64,000 bases of DNA from the human T2T-CHM13v2.0 reference genome, Homo sapiens (GCF_009914755.1 NC_060931.1); one strand, 5' to 3'; counted from the stretch's first letter, positions 34,355 through 50,904 are shown. Translations and numbers: made by a program. Notes: generated by a model not told the origin, from the sequence alone.

Positions 34355-35810
34355 ACTGACATGGAGTCCAGGAGACTCAAAATGTCACTGTGGCCCTCCA
34401 AAGTAGAGGCTTATGGAGGTCAGGTGGCCAGTAAAGTTTTAGGTCAGGTCCATCTTACAGGGGGTCCAGGGGGTTGCTGAACACATTCTGTGATTATTTC
34501 CCCAGTTCCAGAATGCATAATTGGAATAGACAAACTTATCAGTTGGCAGAATCCCCTCACTGGTTCTCTGACCTGTTGAGTAAGGGCTATTACTGTGGAA
34601 AAAGCCAAGTGGAAGTCATTAGAATTGTGTTTATCTAGAAAAATAGTGAATCAAAAACAATTCCATATCCTTGGAGGAACTGCAGAGATTAGTGCCATTA
34701 TTGAGGACTTGAAAGACACAGGGTGGTGATTTCCACCACATCCCCATTCAGCTCTTCAGTTTGACCTGTGTAAAACACAGATGGGTCTTAGAGAAAGACA
34801 GTGGATTATCATAAACTTAGCCAAGTGGTGACTTTAATTGCAGCTGCTATACTAGATGTGGTTTTATTGCTTTAGCAAATTAACATAGCCCCGATACCTG
34901 GTATGTAGCTGTTGATCTGGCAAATGCCTTTTTATCCATACTTGCTGATAAGACACACCAGAAGTAATTTGCTTTAAGCTGGCAAGGCCAGCAATATACT
35001 TGCACTGTCTTATCTCATGAGTATATTTATTCTCCAGCATTATGTCATAATTTAGTTGTCAGGGATATTGATTGACTTTCCTTTCTTTGATTGACTTAGA
35101 TATCACACTAGTCCATTACATTGGTGACCTTTTGCTCATTGGACCTAGGATCAAGAAGTAGTAAATACTCTAGACTTGTTGGTAAGGCCATTTGTGTGCC
35201 TTAGGATAGAAATTAAAACTAGCAAAATTTAGGCACCTTCTCCCTCTTGAAAATTCTAGGGTTCCAGTGGTGTGGGGCATATTGAGATCTCTCTCCTAAG
35301 TAAAGAATAAGTTGTTGTATCTGGTCTACAACTCCTACACCAAAAAGAGGCACAACAGCTAGTGACCCCCTTTGTATTCCACATATTCTAGTATGTTACT
35401 CTGGCCCATTTACTGAATGACCTAAAAAGCTGCCAGTTTTGAGTGGGGCCCAAGACAGAAGAAGGTCTTGCAACAAATACGAGTTGCTGTGTAAGCTGCT
35501 TAGCTGCTTGGGCCACAGTGATATTTTGGGCCTCCTGGACTCAATGTCAATGAATGTAGTCTCAGAGACTTGAGGACTTTCCAAAGTACAAGAAAACAGG
35601 AAGCCTGCAAGAGATACAGGAATAAATACAGTCAGATGGGTGAGAGACTCAGAGATTGTGGTGTCATTGACAACTGCAGATCCAATGGTGTTTGAAATGT
35701 CAATGGCAGATAGGGATGCTGTTTGGAGCCTTAAGCAAGCCCCCATAGGTGAATTGTACTGTAGGGCCTTAGGATTGTAGAGCAAATCCCAGCCATTCTC
35801 TATGGATAGC

Positions 35811-35848
<38 letters not shown>

Positions 35849-37870
35849 ATAACTCTTGGCCTGCTACTGCTACTGTGTCATAGTAGATACTGAATGCTTA
35901 ACCATGGTTCACCAAGTTACCATGTGACCTGAGCTGCCCATCATGAACTGGGTGTTATCCGACCACCAAGCCACAAAGTTGGGCATGCAAACCAGCACTC
36001 CATTATCAGATGGAAATGATATATATGTGATTGGGCCTGAGCAAGCCCTGAAGGCATAAGTTAGTTATATAAAGTGGCTCAAATGCCCATGTTGCCCACT
36101 TCTGCACTGCCTCCTCTCTCCCAACTTTTACCTATGCTTCATGGGGTTTCCTTATAATGAGTTGACAGAGGAAGAGAAGACTTGGACCTGGTTTATAAAT
36201 GGTTCTGCATGATATGTAGGTACCACCCAAAAGTGGATGACTGTTCCAATACAACATTTATCTGTAAGGACTGTATGAAAGAAAGGACAGTGATGAAGAA
36301 AAATCCTTCCACATAACTTTGAGCAGTGTACTTGGTTGTTCACTTGGTTTGGAAGAAGGAATGGCCAGATGTGTAATTATGTAACAATTCATGACTGTGG
36401 CCAGTGATTTGGCTGGATGATCAGGGGCTTGGAAAGAATATATTTGGAAAATTGGTAACAAGAAAATTTGGGGAAGAGGTATGTGAATAAAACTCACTGA
36501 AAGGGCAAAAATAATTAAAGATATTTGAGTCCCATGTGAATACACACCAAAGGATGACATCAGCAGAGGAGAATTTTAATAATTAATTGAATAAGATAAC
36601 CCATTCTGTGAATACCAGTAAGCCTCTTTCTCTCACCACCCCTGGCATCACCCAGTGGGCTCATGAAAAAATGTCTATGATGGTAGGAATGGAGGTTATG
36701 CGTGAGGTAAGCAACATAGACTTCCACTCACCAAGGCAGGCCTGGTTACTCCTGCTGCTGAGTACCCAATTTGGCAGCAGCAGAGATCAACATTGAGTCC
36801 CCAGTATAGCACCATACCCCAAAGCAATCAGCCAGCCAGATGATGGCAAGTTGATTACACTGGGCTGCTTCCATCGTGGAAGGGGCAGCATTTTGCCCTT
36901 ATTGAAATAGATGCTCACTGAGAATATAAATTTGTGTTTCCTGCATGCAATACATCTGCCAAAACTACCATTCATGGAATTACAGAATGTCTTATCCATT
37001 GTCCCGGTATTCCTCACCGCATTGCTTGTGATCAAGGAACTCACTTCAGAGAAAATATAGTATGACAATGGGTCCACACTCATGGAATTTACTGGTTTAA
37101 CCATACTTTCCTCCATCTTGAAACAGCTGGCTTGATAGAATGGTGGAATGGCCTTTTGAAGACTCAGTTATAGCACCAGCTGGATGACAATGCCTTGCAG
37201 GGCTGGGACAAGGTTTAGCATCATATGAATTATATGAGTATTTCTCCCATAGCCAGCATTCATGGGTCCAAGAATCAAGGGGTGGACCTGGATTACACAT
37301 GGTGACCCACCAGCAAAGTTTTTGCTTCCTGTTCCCATGACCTTATGCTCCACTGGCCTAGAGGTCTTAGATTCAAAGGGAGAAATGCTTCCTTCAGGAG
37401 ACACAACAATGCTTCTATTGAACTGGAAGTTAAGACTGCCACTCAGTTACTTTGGATTCCTCATGCCTCTGAATCAACAGGCAAAAAAGGGAGTTACTGT
37501 GCTAGCTGGGGTGATTTATTCTGACTAACAGGGGGAAATTTGGACTGCTGCTTCACAACGGAGGTAAGAAAGAATAGGTCTGGAATACAGGAGATCCCTT
37601 AGGGAGTCTCTTAGCATTACTATGCCTAGTGATTAAGGTCAGTGGAAAACCATAGCAACTGTCCAGTCCAATCCAGGTCTGTAATGACCCAGACCTTTCA
37701 GAATGAAGGTTTGGTTTACACCACCAGGTAAAGAACTACGATCAGCTGAAGTATTTGCTGAAAACAAAGTGAATACAAAATGAATAATGAAAGAAAGTAG
37801 TTATGAATACCTGCTGTGCCCATGTAAACAATTACAGAAGTGAGAAATATAATTGTCATGAGCATTTTCT
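34355..37870 (+). mobile_element. ERV-L internal region (decayed protease, RT, RNase H, integrase, dUTPase)
   Basis: GGCTTATGGAGGTCAGG (AYGGQ), ACAGTGGATTATCATAAACTTA (TVDY), GTCCATTACATTGGTGAC (decayed HYIDD), GATCAAGGAACTCACTTC (DQGTHF), and dUTPase-like NWKLRLP...QQAKKGVTVLAGVI; many stops and frameshifts. Confidence 0.85.
35510..35673 (-). repeat. Inverted copy of 34235-34396 inserted in ERV-L pol
   Basis: Reverse complement aligns to 34235-34396; ORFs 34172+ and 35396- share HLTVFI.V.LAGFLFS.TL...QVSE.TF.D.ESRR.K.SLWP. Confidence 0.9.
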
Positions 37871-39078
37871 TCTTGTTCCATTCAGGAACACATAATGTTT
37901 TGTCCTGAATGGAATCCTGGGAAAGGACATTAGGTACAAACTAAGGTAATCTGAATAATGTGCGGGCTCTTGTTAGTAATATAGGTACCTAAATAATAAC
38001 AAAAGACTCATACTAATGCAAGATGTTAATGGGTATGTAAGAGCTGTGTACTATCATCACAGTTTTCTTGCAAATCTGAAACTGTTCTAAACAATAAAAT
38101 CTCTTTTTAAAAATAAAAAAATAAAAATAGCTGCAAACTGAGCAAATCAGTCTTTAGAGAAGAGTCACATCATAAAACATACTCTTTCCAACTAGTTCAC
38201 ATGAACATCAGTTTTTCTTTCTAAATTCATGGTTCAGAAATAATGTTTTTAACGGTAGCTAGGTTCTTTGACTAGCCTACAAATTTAAAAGTCCACCATG
38301 TAGTTAAACTCTCTTAGAGGGCTAACTGAGCTTTTTGCCTGGGTAAAGAAGCTGCTGAGCAGAGTAGAGAAAAATATGAAAAATTAAAAAATTCCTACCT
38401 CTTTTTCTAGGCACAAGGTGATTCTTGTATATGTTCTATAAATAAATGTCCTATTGAAATCACATATGCCACCTGGTAGTATTTCTAAGTTCTGCTTCCA
38501 CTATTATGTCTGACATAAACATTCAGAACCAACAAAAAATTTCTGAGCATCTACTCTTAGCTATGTTCTTTACTAAGTGTTGAGAAAACAGGGAAAATGA
38601 CATTACATCTAATCCCAGGAGAAGAGAGCAGGAAAACAGAAGAAACAAAAGAAATGAAGAGTAAATTCAAGGGTAACTTTTCCCTTCTTCACTCTACTTG
38701 CTGTCACTTCTCTCTAACTCACTTTCAGGTCCTAGTCATGCAGTATTGGAATAACAGAGATCCATGTCCACTATCTTTATATGAATGTATAAGTGCATAA
38801 AGAGGACCAGCTGGCTTAATGGTAGTTCACTGGAAGGAGACCTAGGGTATTTCGAGAAATGAAAATTCAACTGAAACAATGGCAGAGTTGAGCTGCAAAA
38901 ATGGCCAATTGTGTGTAATGTTGTTTCCTATTTGCAGAGATAAAATTTCTAGACCAAGTTGGAAATAGCTCCATCATTATACTTTATTACATATTGCTGC
39001 AATATTTTGGGATATTTAACCTGGAGTAAGACAATTATGACACACTTGGAAACTTTCTTCAAATCTTTGGTTTTTGGT

Positions 39079-39572
39079 GGATTATAAAACATGCTGCTCT
39101 AAAGACACATGCACACGTATGTTTATTGTGGCACTATTCACAATAGCAAAGACTTGGAACCAACCCAAATGTCAAACAATGATAGACTGGATTAAGAAAA
39201 TGTGGCACATATACACCATGGAATACTACGCAGCCATAAAAAAGATGAGTTCATGTCCTTTGTAGGGACATGGATGAAGCTGGAAACCATCATTCTCAGC
39301 AAACTATTTCAAGGACAAAAAACCAAACACCGCATGTTCTCACTCATAGGTGGGAATTGAACAATGAGAACACATGGACACAGGAAGGGGAACATCACAC
39401 ACCAGGGCCTGTTGTGGGGTGGGGGGAGGGGGAGGGATAGCATTAGGAGATATATCTAATGTTAAATGTCAAGTTAATGGGTGCAGCACACCAACATGGC
39501 ACATATATACATATGTAACAAACCTGACGTTGTGCACATGTACCCTAAAACTTAAAGTATAATAATAATAAA
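39079..39572 (+). mobile_element. L1PA (about PA4-6) 3' end, 5'-truncated
   Basis: ORF2p tail (KDTCTRMFIVALFTIAKTWNQPKC), G-rich 3'UTR, CCCTAAAACTTAAAGTATAATAA; perfect 18-bp TSD AAATCTTTGGTTTTTGGT. Confidence 0.92.
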
Positions 39573-41094
39573 AAATCTTTGGTTTTTGGTTTGTCCATGA
39601 ATTGAAAACTCCGAAAAATGACTGAGTTACAGATGTGGTCTTATCGTTTGGACCTTTCTAACAATCTAAGCTGTAGAACAAAGAAACACATTTTCTTGGG
39701 AGATCTGAGTAAGTACAATGATCTCTGTCATTGAAAGTGATCATGAAGATGATGGATGGACACATGTCCAAGATGATCTAGAAGGAATTACCGTATGGGC
39801 TGGGAGTTGAACTAGGTGACCATTAGTTATCTTCTTAAGCTCTAAAGTTCTGTGATTTTAGATTTTCAATAAGTTGTGGTCTCTTTACTCATGCACTGAG
39901 TAGACACTTCAATAACACTATTATTAAAACTTTCATAGCATGCCCAATAACATCATTACACAAAAAATAAACTCAGAAATTCCACTAAATAAATATTAAT
40001 AAAGTATACATTTGGTATTCTGTCAAACCTAGGGTGTGCAGTGTTTCCTGAACCCAAAATTTACTTTGGAATGCAAATCTGCTAGAAAGATATAGAATAA
40101 CATTCACATATTCCAATTATTTTACCCATAGAAAATTAACACATGTGCCCTCTATGGCTATCGAATAGTATCCTTCTCAATTGATCTTCAGTTTCTGCCT
40201 TAATTATTCTTTTGTTTCTGTTTTGTTTTGTTTGCTTTAAATATCAGCATTATGGGTAAGTACTATGATGAATTTTATTAAACTCTTGCTTTTAAGTATT
40301 TGGAATCTGATTGCTCTCTCGTACACCAGGGAACTCTTTTATTTATTTTTTCTTCCTCTTCATTCATTGCTACTAAGGAAAGAATTAGACTAAAATAGTT
40401 CTTCTTCAGAAGTGTACAAGAGCCTATTTAATTTTGTTTTTGTCCTAAAAGTTAGTAGGTAATCATAACAAAATGATATAAACTTTCTGCATGTTCTCAA
40501 TATTATTTTCCCCCAGTAATGACTTTTCAATATTTGAAGTTTGGAATCTGAGATCCTATAAGGCTACTTTTGTTTTTGTTAGGGATATTAATATTTTAAT
40601 AAAATATCTTGTATATAGTATAAACATCTGTTGAAATCCCATGAAAAGTGGAGCTAATTTTCTCCTTAATATGGTAAGAACAATTTCTTGGATGGATGAT
40701 CGATGGAATCTTTCACCCTTCTTTGGCTAGCTCCTTGTCTCTGTGACACCTATGGCCTCTCAATTTCTTTCTTGGTACAGCTGTTTAGGTCTGCGAGGGT
40801 AAGTTACCAGGAAACTTCACCAGGTGATGTTCTGTAGGTTGACCAGAGCAGTTCGCCAAAGGCTTTTCTTGGCTTGAACCAGGTTGAGACTCCAACGACT
40901 CAAGCAGAATGTCTAGAATTTAGTCTTCTAAACCTGCAATCAATGTATTTTTTTAATTTTCCGAAGTAATATAATTACGCTAAAAGCTCTCAAAGACTTA
41001 CTGCTTAGACTCCATGAATGAAGCATCATTTGAAAAGCTACAATAAAGAAAATAAAGAGATCATAAGTATCATGACAAAAGAATGAAACACTGA

Positions 41095-41385
41095 TTTTTT
41101 TTTTTTTTTTTTGATACAGGGTCTCACTGTGTCACCCAGGCTGGAGTCCATCAAAGCTCACTGCAGCCTTAACCTTCTGTGCTCAAGGGATCCTCCCACT
41201 TAAGCCTCCTGAGTAGCTGGAACTACAGGCATATGCCACCGAGCCTGGCTAATCTTTGATTTTTTTGTACAGATTGTGTCTCCTTATGTTGCTCAGGCTG
41301 GACTCAAACTTCTGGTCTCAAGCGATCTTTCCATCTTAGCTTCCCAAATTGTTGGAATTATGGACATGAGCCAGTGTGCTTGGCC
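41095..41385 (-). mobile_element. AluJ SINE
   Basis: Poly(T) followed by a diverged antisense Alu. Confidence 0.85.
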
Positions 41386-43111
41386 TGATTTTTTTTTTTT
41401 TTTAATGAGAAAAACGTTCCTTAAGAAAAGTTTCATTGTAGTAAGTAATCAGGATGAATAGCATATATTAGCTCCGAAAAACTTTGGAAGCCTTCTTACT
41501 TCACTGAAAGTGGGGTTTATCAACTCAGCTGCCAACGGCTTTCCTCCCATTTAGCCTTTGTGTGAAAAACACAATTAATACTTTCTTGAGTAGTACAAGC
41601 TGAGCCGAGAAACCATCTTTCAGAGGTGTAAATTCTTGCCTTGGGTGGAAGGCTGGATGTTATTAACTTTCACAATTTCTTTCAACACTTGATTTTCCTC
41701 AATCATGGTAAAGACATATTATTTATTTTTCTTTTTAGTTGGGAAAGTTGATTCACGTGACTTTTGCATTTTGTAGAATTTTTAAGAGGTAAGATGAAAA
41801 TTAAACATTTGTGCGTGTTAAGGATCCATGTTTCTCTGTCAGATGTCTGGTAATTTGCTTGACGATTTTTGCAAAGATAATTTAGAAATTAAGGAAACCA
41901 TTCTCTACGTTTTTCTTTACATTAAAAGAAAAAAGTCTCCAATAAAAAATTTCTCTATCCACATTACAGGTTAATTTACAATTTCAGCTGCTGGTGGCTG
42001 GCTTGAGGCCTCAATGTTAAAAATGAGAATGAGGCTAATTCTAGTGAATAGAGGTCCACACAGACAATTGCTATCTTTGTTAGATGCTCCAGTACCAAGC
42101 CTAAGAATAGGAAAAAAACTAAAAACACCCTGGAAATGTAACAGAATCATCTTTTGCTGCCATCTTTCTCTTCAGTATAAGCTGAGCATGTGTTTGATGC
42201 ATAGCGGTGTGGGAACTATATACTTTCTTCTTACTTTCCTTCAGTAAAGGAGCTTAGCTCCATTAAGCATTGTTCAAGATAGTGTATTTAAAATTAACAT
42301 AAAAGGTAAAAGATTTTAATGCCTTTTAATATAAGGAAAATTGATTTTATTAAAATGCTTTAAGATACTACAATACAATTACTTATTTATCACTCTAACT
42401 CTGTATTGTGAGTGTAGCTTCCTTTCCAAGTATACTGATTTTTTTATGGGTTTTGGAAGTAGGAAACGAACCAAAGTAGTCTATCAAAATTCTCATTCAC
42501 CGTCTTTCTTAAGCAGAACCAAGTCCATCATGCCGACGGAGACTATTTCAAGAGTAGAAATTCTTTTTATTCAAAGGGGTAGGATTAAACAATGAAAGAC
42601 AGGTTATATTTTTCTAACCTGTGTTTTGCTGAGCTGAAGCATGAAATATCAAATATTTATAATAAAGTATTCATAGTTAAGTACACTGAATCATTAAAAT
42701 GTTGGAAATATTGAAATGGATGATCGATCTTATTGGAGTCCTTGTGTGATACAGGAACTTCTGTATTTACTGTTAACAAGAAAAACTCAAAAGGTTACAT
42801 TCCTTTTTAGATTCAGAGCTCAAATAGAATTGATTTAAAATTTAAAGCACTTCTAATAAGACATTTCAGCATTGCATAAGTTAAACATGGAGAAAAAAAT
42901 AAATACATTTATGTTTTTCTATTAATACTTACTCTAAGTTGTTTACTAGAACTCAGAATAAATGTCTCTAAAGATTTAGTTTTAATTTTTGGCTGCTTAG
43001 CTCTTACAATGACATTTATTCTGAGTACCATATTAAATGTGTAGTAATAATTATATGTATTTTTCCTAGCTTGTGATATGAGGTATCTTGCATTTTGGCA
43101 TATTATTCTGA

Positions 43112-43403
<292 letters not shown>

Positions 43404-43862
43404 TATTCTTATAAACTCAAAATTATCTGAATTCAAGCAAGGTAATGTATTTCACAGCATCACTGAAATATAAAGATGTATCATCTCGGGATAAGAACTA
43501 GGCTGATGTCAGTTATGCATCCTGCTATTAGCTCCCTTGTTATTTAATACCATGGAATAAAAAGGCAGCGTGAAAGTCTTTTTGCCACTATTGCCTGGCT
43601 TTTATTGCAGCTACTCTTGCATCTATAATAGTGGAAGGGAAGAGCAATACGGATTGTAAAATGAACTCCATAGAAGATCCACTGTGGTCAGTAGATCAAG
43701 GCATGACAGTATTGACGTTAAGAATGGACACTGGAGTCCAGTATATACGGATTCAAATCTGAATGCTCAGTAGCTGTATGACTTGGGCAGTTACTTAACC
43801 TATTTGGGTTTGAGTTTTCTTGTCTTCATCTGTAAAAGTAGGGCTGTTAGAGGTTTAAGTGA

Positions 43863-44057
43863 ATATATGTGCACATATGTATATATATTAAGAGATATAC
43901 ATGATATATATAAATAAAATATATATCTATTCCCTTGAGATATATATATGAATATGTGTATTCCCCTGAGATATATATGAATATATATATATTCCCCTAA
44001 GATATATACATATATATATTTTCACATATTTCTTTACACACACACACAGACACACAC
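43863..44057. repeat. TA-rich low-complexity repeat with three TATTCCC(C/T)T(G/A)AGATATATA units, then (CA)n
   Basis: Seen directly; interrupts a MIR-like element (about 43720-44105). Confidence 0.8.
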
Positions 44058-45662
44058 CCCTTAGAAGAGTTCCTTGTAGGTGGTAAGTGCTAATTAGATA
44101 TTAACTATCATCACATTGCCGTCTCATTTCTGTATTTGAATTACTAATTAGTAACACAATTGAATGATCTGATGGTTCCTTCTTTTCCCTGCTTTTTCCT
44201 TAAAGGATCAAAGGTTGCAGCAAAATGTCACATTTAAGAAGCTGAGTAAACACAGAATGAGAAGCCCTAAAGCGAGGTGCTGTGTTAATAGACAGGCTAA
44301 TCACTTCCTGAATACATAAGAACTAGCTCTTTGTAGAACTAGCAGAGAGACTGCTAACAGGTTTTTGTTTTAGATTGATGGATTGATTTTCCAGGAACAG
44401 GCCTGATGAGAGCCCTCATAAAAATTGCCTCTCATAGCCTATTGCAAATAAGTATAATCTTACATAAATCAAAGCACTAGTACGTAAGCATCCCAAGGAC
44501 AGAGATTTTGTCTGTGTTGGTTCACAGCTATATCCAGAGTTCAGGCAAGTGCCTGGCAAATAGTGGAGGCTCAGTAAGTATCTCTTGAGTGAACTGAATG
44601 AATGAAAACCTTGACTTTTCCTTTAAATAGGATTAACATTAAAAGCAAAACAAAACAGCATGCTTTCCTACTTCCTTGATGGATTTCTGACCCTAAGAAT
44701 GCTGTTAGGCAAGTAAGAAGGGCTGGAGAGCAGCATGTGAAGGGCACAGTGCAAATGTGTACATTTAGCAAGTATTTCAGAAATCTCGGATTTGGTGAAG
44801 TATTTGCTGGAGTGTGTGGTGTGATGTCACACTTAACTCAGATACATGTGTCACATTTGAATTACAAATATTCTGTCCAGCATCTCCCTAACTTGAGTGA
44901 CTATGCTTATACTTTTTTCTACACAGGGTTTTCATAAATCTTTGATCCTTGACCAAGTGTCATAGAGAACTTTTCTTAAGTGAAACTCTCTGCAAACAGT
45001 TAGCTTATATTTAAGTTTCTATTCAGCTTTGAGTATAGTATTTTGGCTAAAATAATGTTTTGCATGGTCCATTTCACAGGTGAGGTTGATTATATAGCAT
45101 TCATTACTCTTAATTTAGCTTACAACCTCAGATAGTGGTTTAAAATATATAACACTCATAACTATGTCTAAGTTAATCAAATTTAAATTATTTTCTACTC
45201 CTGTAGCAAACATTTTTTGAAAACAGAAAAAAGTCCCTTTTTACAGCATAGGCTCGCTGATAATTTGAATAGAAAACCACTCATTTCTATACATGAAATT
45301 TTCCTGATTGTCTTTGTAATAAAAACTGAGAGGATATTCGTCATCCCTGGCTGAGCTGCACTGAATTCTACTCTTTTATACATGTAATAAAACAGCAAAC
45401 AACATCAAAATACATTATTAATTAGGCATGAATTTCTTAAAATGGTTTACATCATCTCATTTAACTTCAGAGCTTGCAGACATTAACAGTAAGTCACCAC
45501 AAAGCTACCATTGATTTATAATGCACATTACCACATCAAGCCTGGCCCAAGGACTCTGGGCCCAGAAGGAAAAACAGCCATGGCAGAAATATAATGAAAA
45601 CATATCTGTATTCACAGAAAACAATTAGGCTTAATGTAATTAGAGTGAACATTCAGGTTCAT

Positions 45663-45668
45663 TTTATT
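45663..45668 (-). terminator. Candidate polyadenylation signal AATAAA for TMEM229A
   Basis: TTTATT on +, about 0.9 kb downstream of the stop codon in an AU-rich 3'UTR; usage not shown. Confidence 0.4.
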
Positions 45669-46579
45669 CAAAGGTAATGTTTCTGCCCTTGAAGTTCCAT
45701 GTAGAAAAGGGTCCTTGGAGTTAGAACACTGTGGAAGGTGATATAATTTCACTTGGCCCTCGGCTATGTAAGGTAAACATTTTACATTATTGCACAGTAA
45801 CAAAAATTTACAGCCATAGATAACACAGGATCTGATCAACGTTAACACACCTGCTGTTTAAGGCTTACCCACATTGGAAAGCAATCATTTCCAGGATGGA
45901 GATCAAATATCTTAACACAGTGTCACCTGTGTGAGTTGCTAGAAAAGACCTCTCATTTAAAAATCTGTTCATAGAACGTGCTTTCACATTTTTCAGCCTC
46001 TTTTCACTTGTGTGCTAGACGGAGGCACTTTAAGAGCTATTAACTGTAGTCTCAAGAGTACAAGACATTGAGTTTCTTCAGTCATTGGTAAATATGGCAA
46101 GGAATTAAAATGAAATTAGATTAAAAAGAAAGTAAAACAAATCACTGAATCAGAAAATTTAGCCAAATCTTGTAAAAATCACTGGTCTCTGATTTAAAGA
46201 TCCCCCCCCGCCAAAAAAAAAAAAATTAGTAGCTGTCACTCATCTGTTGCCAGATGGGTAAACACTACTACATCATTCTGATGTTAAGGTATAACGGTTT
46301 TGCTGTTTGGGCGTGTAAACGTTTGGGCTTGTAAATGTTTTAAAACATTGGCAAATAAAGTACTTTGAATTATGTTTCGAGTAGTGTTTCAAAGTATATT
46401 ATACACGGGTTTCAAATAGAAAAACTAAAAGGTGGAATAAAACAATTTGGAAGAGTTTAGTAAAGCGTATAAAAATTAAAGGACTAAAAAACCCACTTCA
46501 TTTTAAATGTGTAAAAATAAATCGCATCCATTCGTGGGAATCCAGTGACTTTTTCCTTTTCTTTCTTTCTTTTTTGGTT

Positions 46580-48620
<2,041 letters not shown>

Positions 48621-48898
48621 GGCCTGATCCACTTTTCCAATCTATTTCTTGGCCCATCTACTTTTCTGGGTTTACTCAAGGCCAAGGACAGAGATTCGAT
48701 GTCCCCCAGAATTTGTGAAATGATTTCAGGCCAGTTGGGTTGGGTTGGGGTGTGGAGAAGAGGAAATGCTTTGTTCTAGCTACTGTGGGGTCTCAGGTGG
48801 AGAATAGTACCTCGTCCTGGCACACCCCGCTGCTGGGTTCTTCTTTTGGCAGAACTAGGTCATCCCAGAAATGGAGAGTGACATAAAGGGCCAGGGTT

Positions 48899-49095
48899 TA
48901 TCTTTTTCTATCTTTTCCCTCCCTCCCTTCACCTCTCCCCTCTTCTCCCTTCCCTCATTCCCTACTTCCTCCCCTCCCCTCCCCTCCCCTCCAATCCCTC
49001 CCTCCCTCTCTCTCTCCCTTCCTCCCTCTTTATCTCCTTCCTTCCTTCCTTCCTTCCTTCCTTCCTTCCTTCCTTCCTTCCTTCCTTCCTTCCTT
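48899..49095. repeat. Polypyrimidine tract ending in (CCTT)n
   Basis: About 200 bp almost purely C/T on +, with about 15 CCTT units. Confidence 0.93.
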
Positions 49096-50904
49096 GGTTG
49101 AGAGAGTGGAAGGGGTTCAGAATGTTGGTGTGTTGGTTCCACCATTCTCTCCAATTTTGAATCAGTCTTGGAACTGGAAAGAGCCTCGGGGGTGAATTAT
49201 ACCGATTACCTCCCTCTTTCTCCTCCTTCCCCCGAAATTCATGTGCGGATAGATAACAGTTCTGTGTTAGAGTTTAGATCCTCCCTTGATGAAAGGCTTT
49301 CTGGGGAATTTTTTTTTTTCCTTCTGGCGAATAGACATAATGAGGCTGATCCTCTATTTCTAAGGCAACCTCCTCCTCACGCTGTCTCCTTGCCTATTTC
49401 AGCCCCTCACGTTCCAATCTGTGGTAGCTAAGTTGACTGTGAATTAAGAGAAACTTTCATGTCAGGGACAGGAATGTCAGGAAGTTTTCATGTGAGGGAC
49501 AGAAATGTCAGGTAGCAGGTTCATCAAACTTGTTGCAAACCAGGTTTGATCTAGTTGCCCAAGTGCCTGAGCAAATACATTGAAGGGAAATAATGTAAAC
49601 ATTTTTGTGAGCACCTTGCTATGCCTACACTGGGAAAATAAAGGGTTATAAGATGCTCTCTTTAAGAAGTGTGTAATCTAGTTAAAATGATAATAATCTA
49701 TTATGCCTTCATAAAGCCTACTTATGATTATTATCAATAATAACTGATCGTGATCATTTAATAGTAAATACTAGATGTTTGTACTACTAGATTAATGTTT
49801 ATTTTGAGTTTTTATTTCATTAAATAAACTCAATCCTGGGCCCAATTTATCAGATATTACAAACAAATGCACTCTTTCTCCATAACTGCTATTTAGACAA
49901 CGGAAAGCACTTCTTCATAACACCATAAATGTAGTCATTCAAACATGTATATGCTAACTTGCTATATTAAACCTGAATTGTTTTCAAATAGCAAATTAAA
50001 CTTCAAGGGCCCAAGTCTTCTATTTATTCTAACTTTTCTTAAGGATGCAAGGAAAATCTTGAAAATCTGTCGTCCAACCTAGAATTCATCCCAGGGAGTG
50101 TAGGAAAATCTTTTGGATTAAAAAAAAATTAGAGCTTTCATTTCTGTATTTTTAATTTCAGCATTTAAAAATTTCTATTTTGTATACCTTATATATTTTA
50201 TAAATTACACAGTATAATAGAACATGTATAAAATTTATGTGTGTGTATATATACATATGAAACATTAAATTTTTTAATGAGGAGTATTCAATAAAAAGTT
50301 TGGGCTCACTACTGTCCTCACAGTAGTTCTCTATCAAGTGGGTTAGACTACTAAAAATCTTCTCATTCTTTTGGTTCTTTTTCTGAAATGGTTTTCCATT
50401 TTTCTTAGGAGAAATCATACAAAATATAAATGAACAGTTAGAAAAGCATAGTAGAAAGTGCAGCTATGATCTGTTATTCTCTCCATGTTTCTTTTATATT
50501 TTCATTGTGGCCTCTTAGTTAGACCATTTCGGAATGTGAGTGAAACTAACTTAAAAAAGTAAACAAACAGACAAACAAAAAAAACTCGGCATAAGACAAA
50601 GTATAAGAAAAATGCTCATGGTATATATCACCTTTAATTCTTTTTTTTGGTCTCATTTAAAAAATCAGTATTCTGTGCCATTCTTACCCCAGCAATGATG
50701 CCAACCTTTGTTTTTGCTTTATCATCACATTGTTCTTTTTGTTTTACGTGCTTCATTGCTATATTTCTAAAACTATTCTTCATTTTAAAACTGCAGGATA
50801 GCTTTAGTGATCATCATCATTTTATATTAAAAATCCTCACATTAGAGTCTCTATGAACATAAAAAGATTAAAAGCATTTCTTGCTGGTCTTTGCAGCTGT
50901 ATGC

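Noticed and set aside
34355-37870. ERV-L pol/dUTPase as a domesticated gene
   Set aside because: Dense stops and frameshifts, decayed RT catalytic motif, poly(T) and inverted insertions; longest sense fragments are about 100 aa or less
43863-44057. Repeat-spacer-like pattern (three TATTCCC..AGATATATA units)
   Set aside because: Spacers are TA slippage products in eukaryotic DNA; no CRISPR-like unique spacers or cas genes
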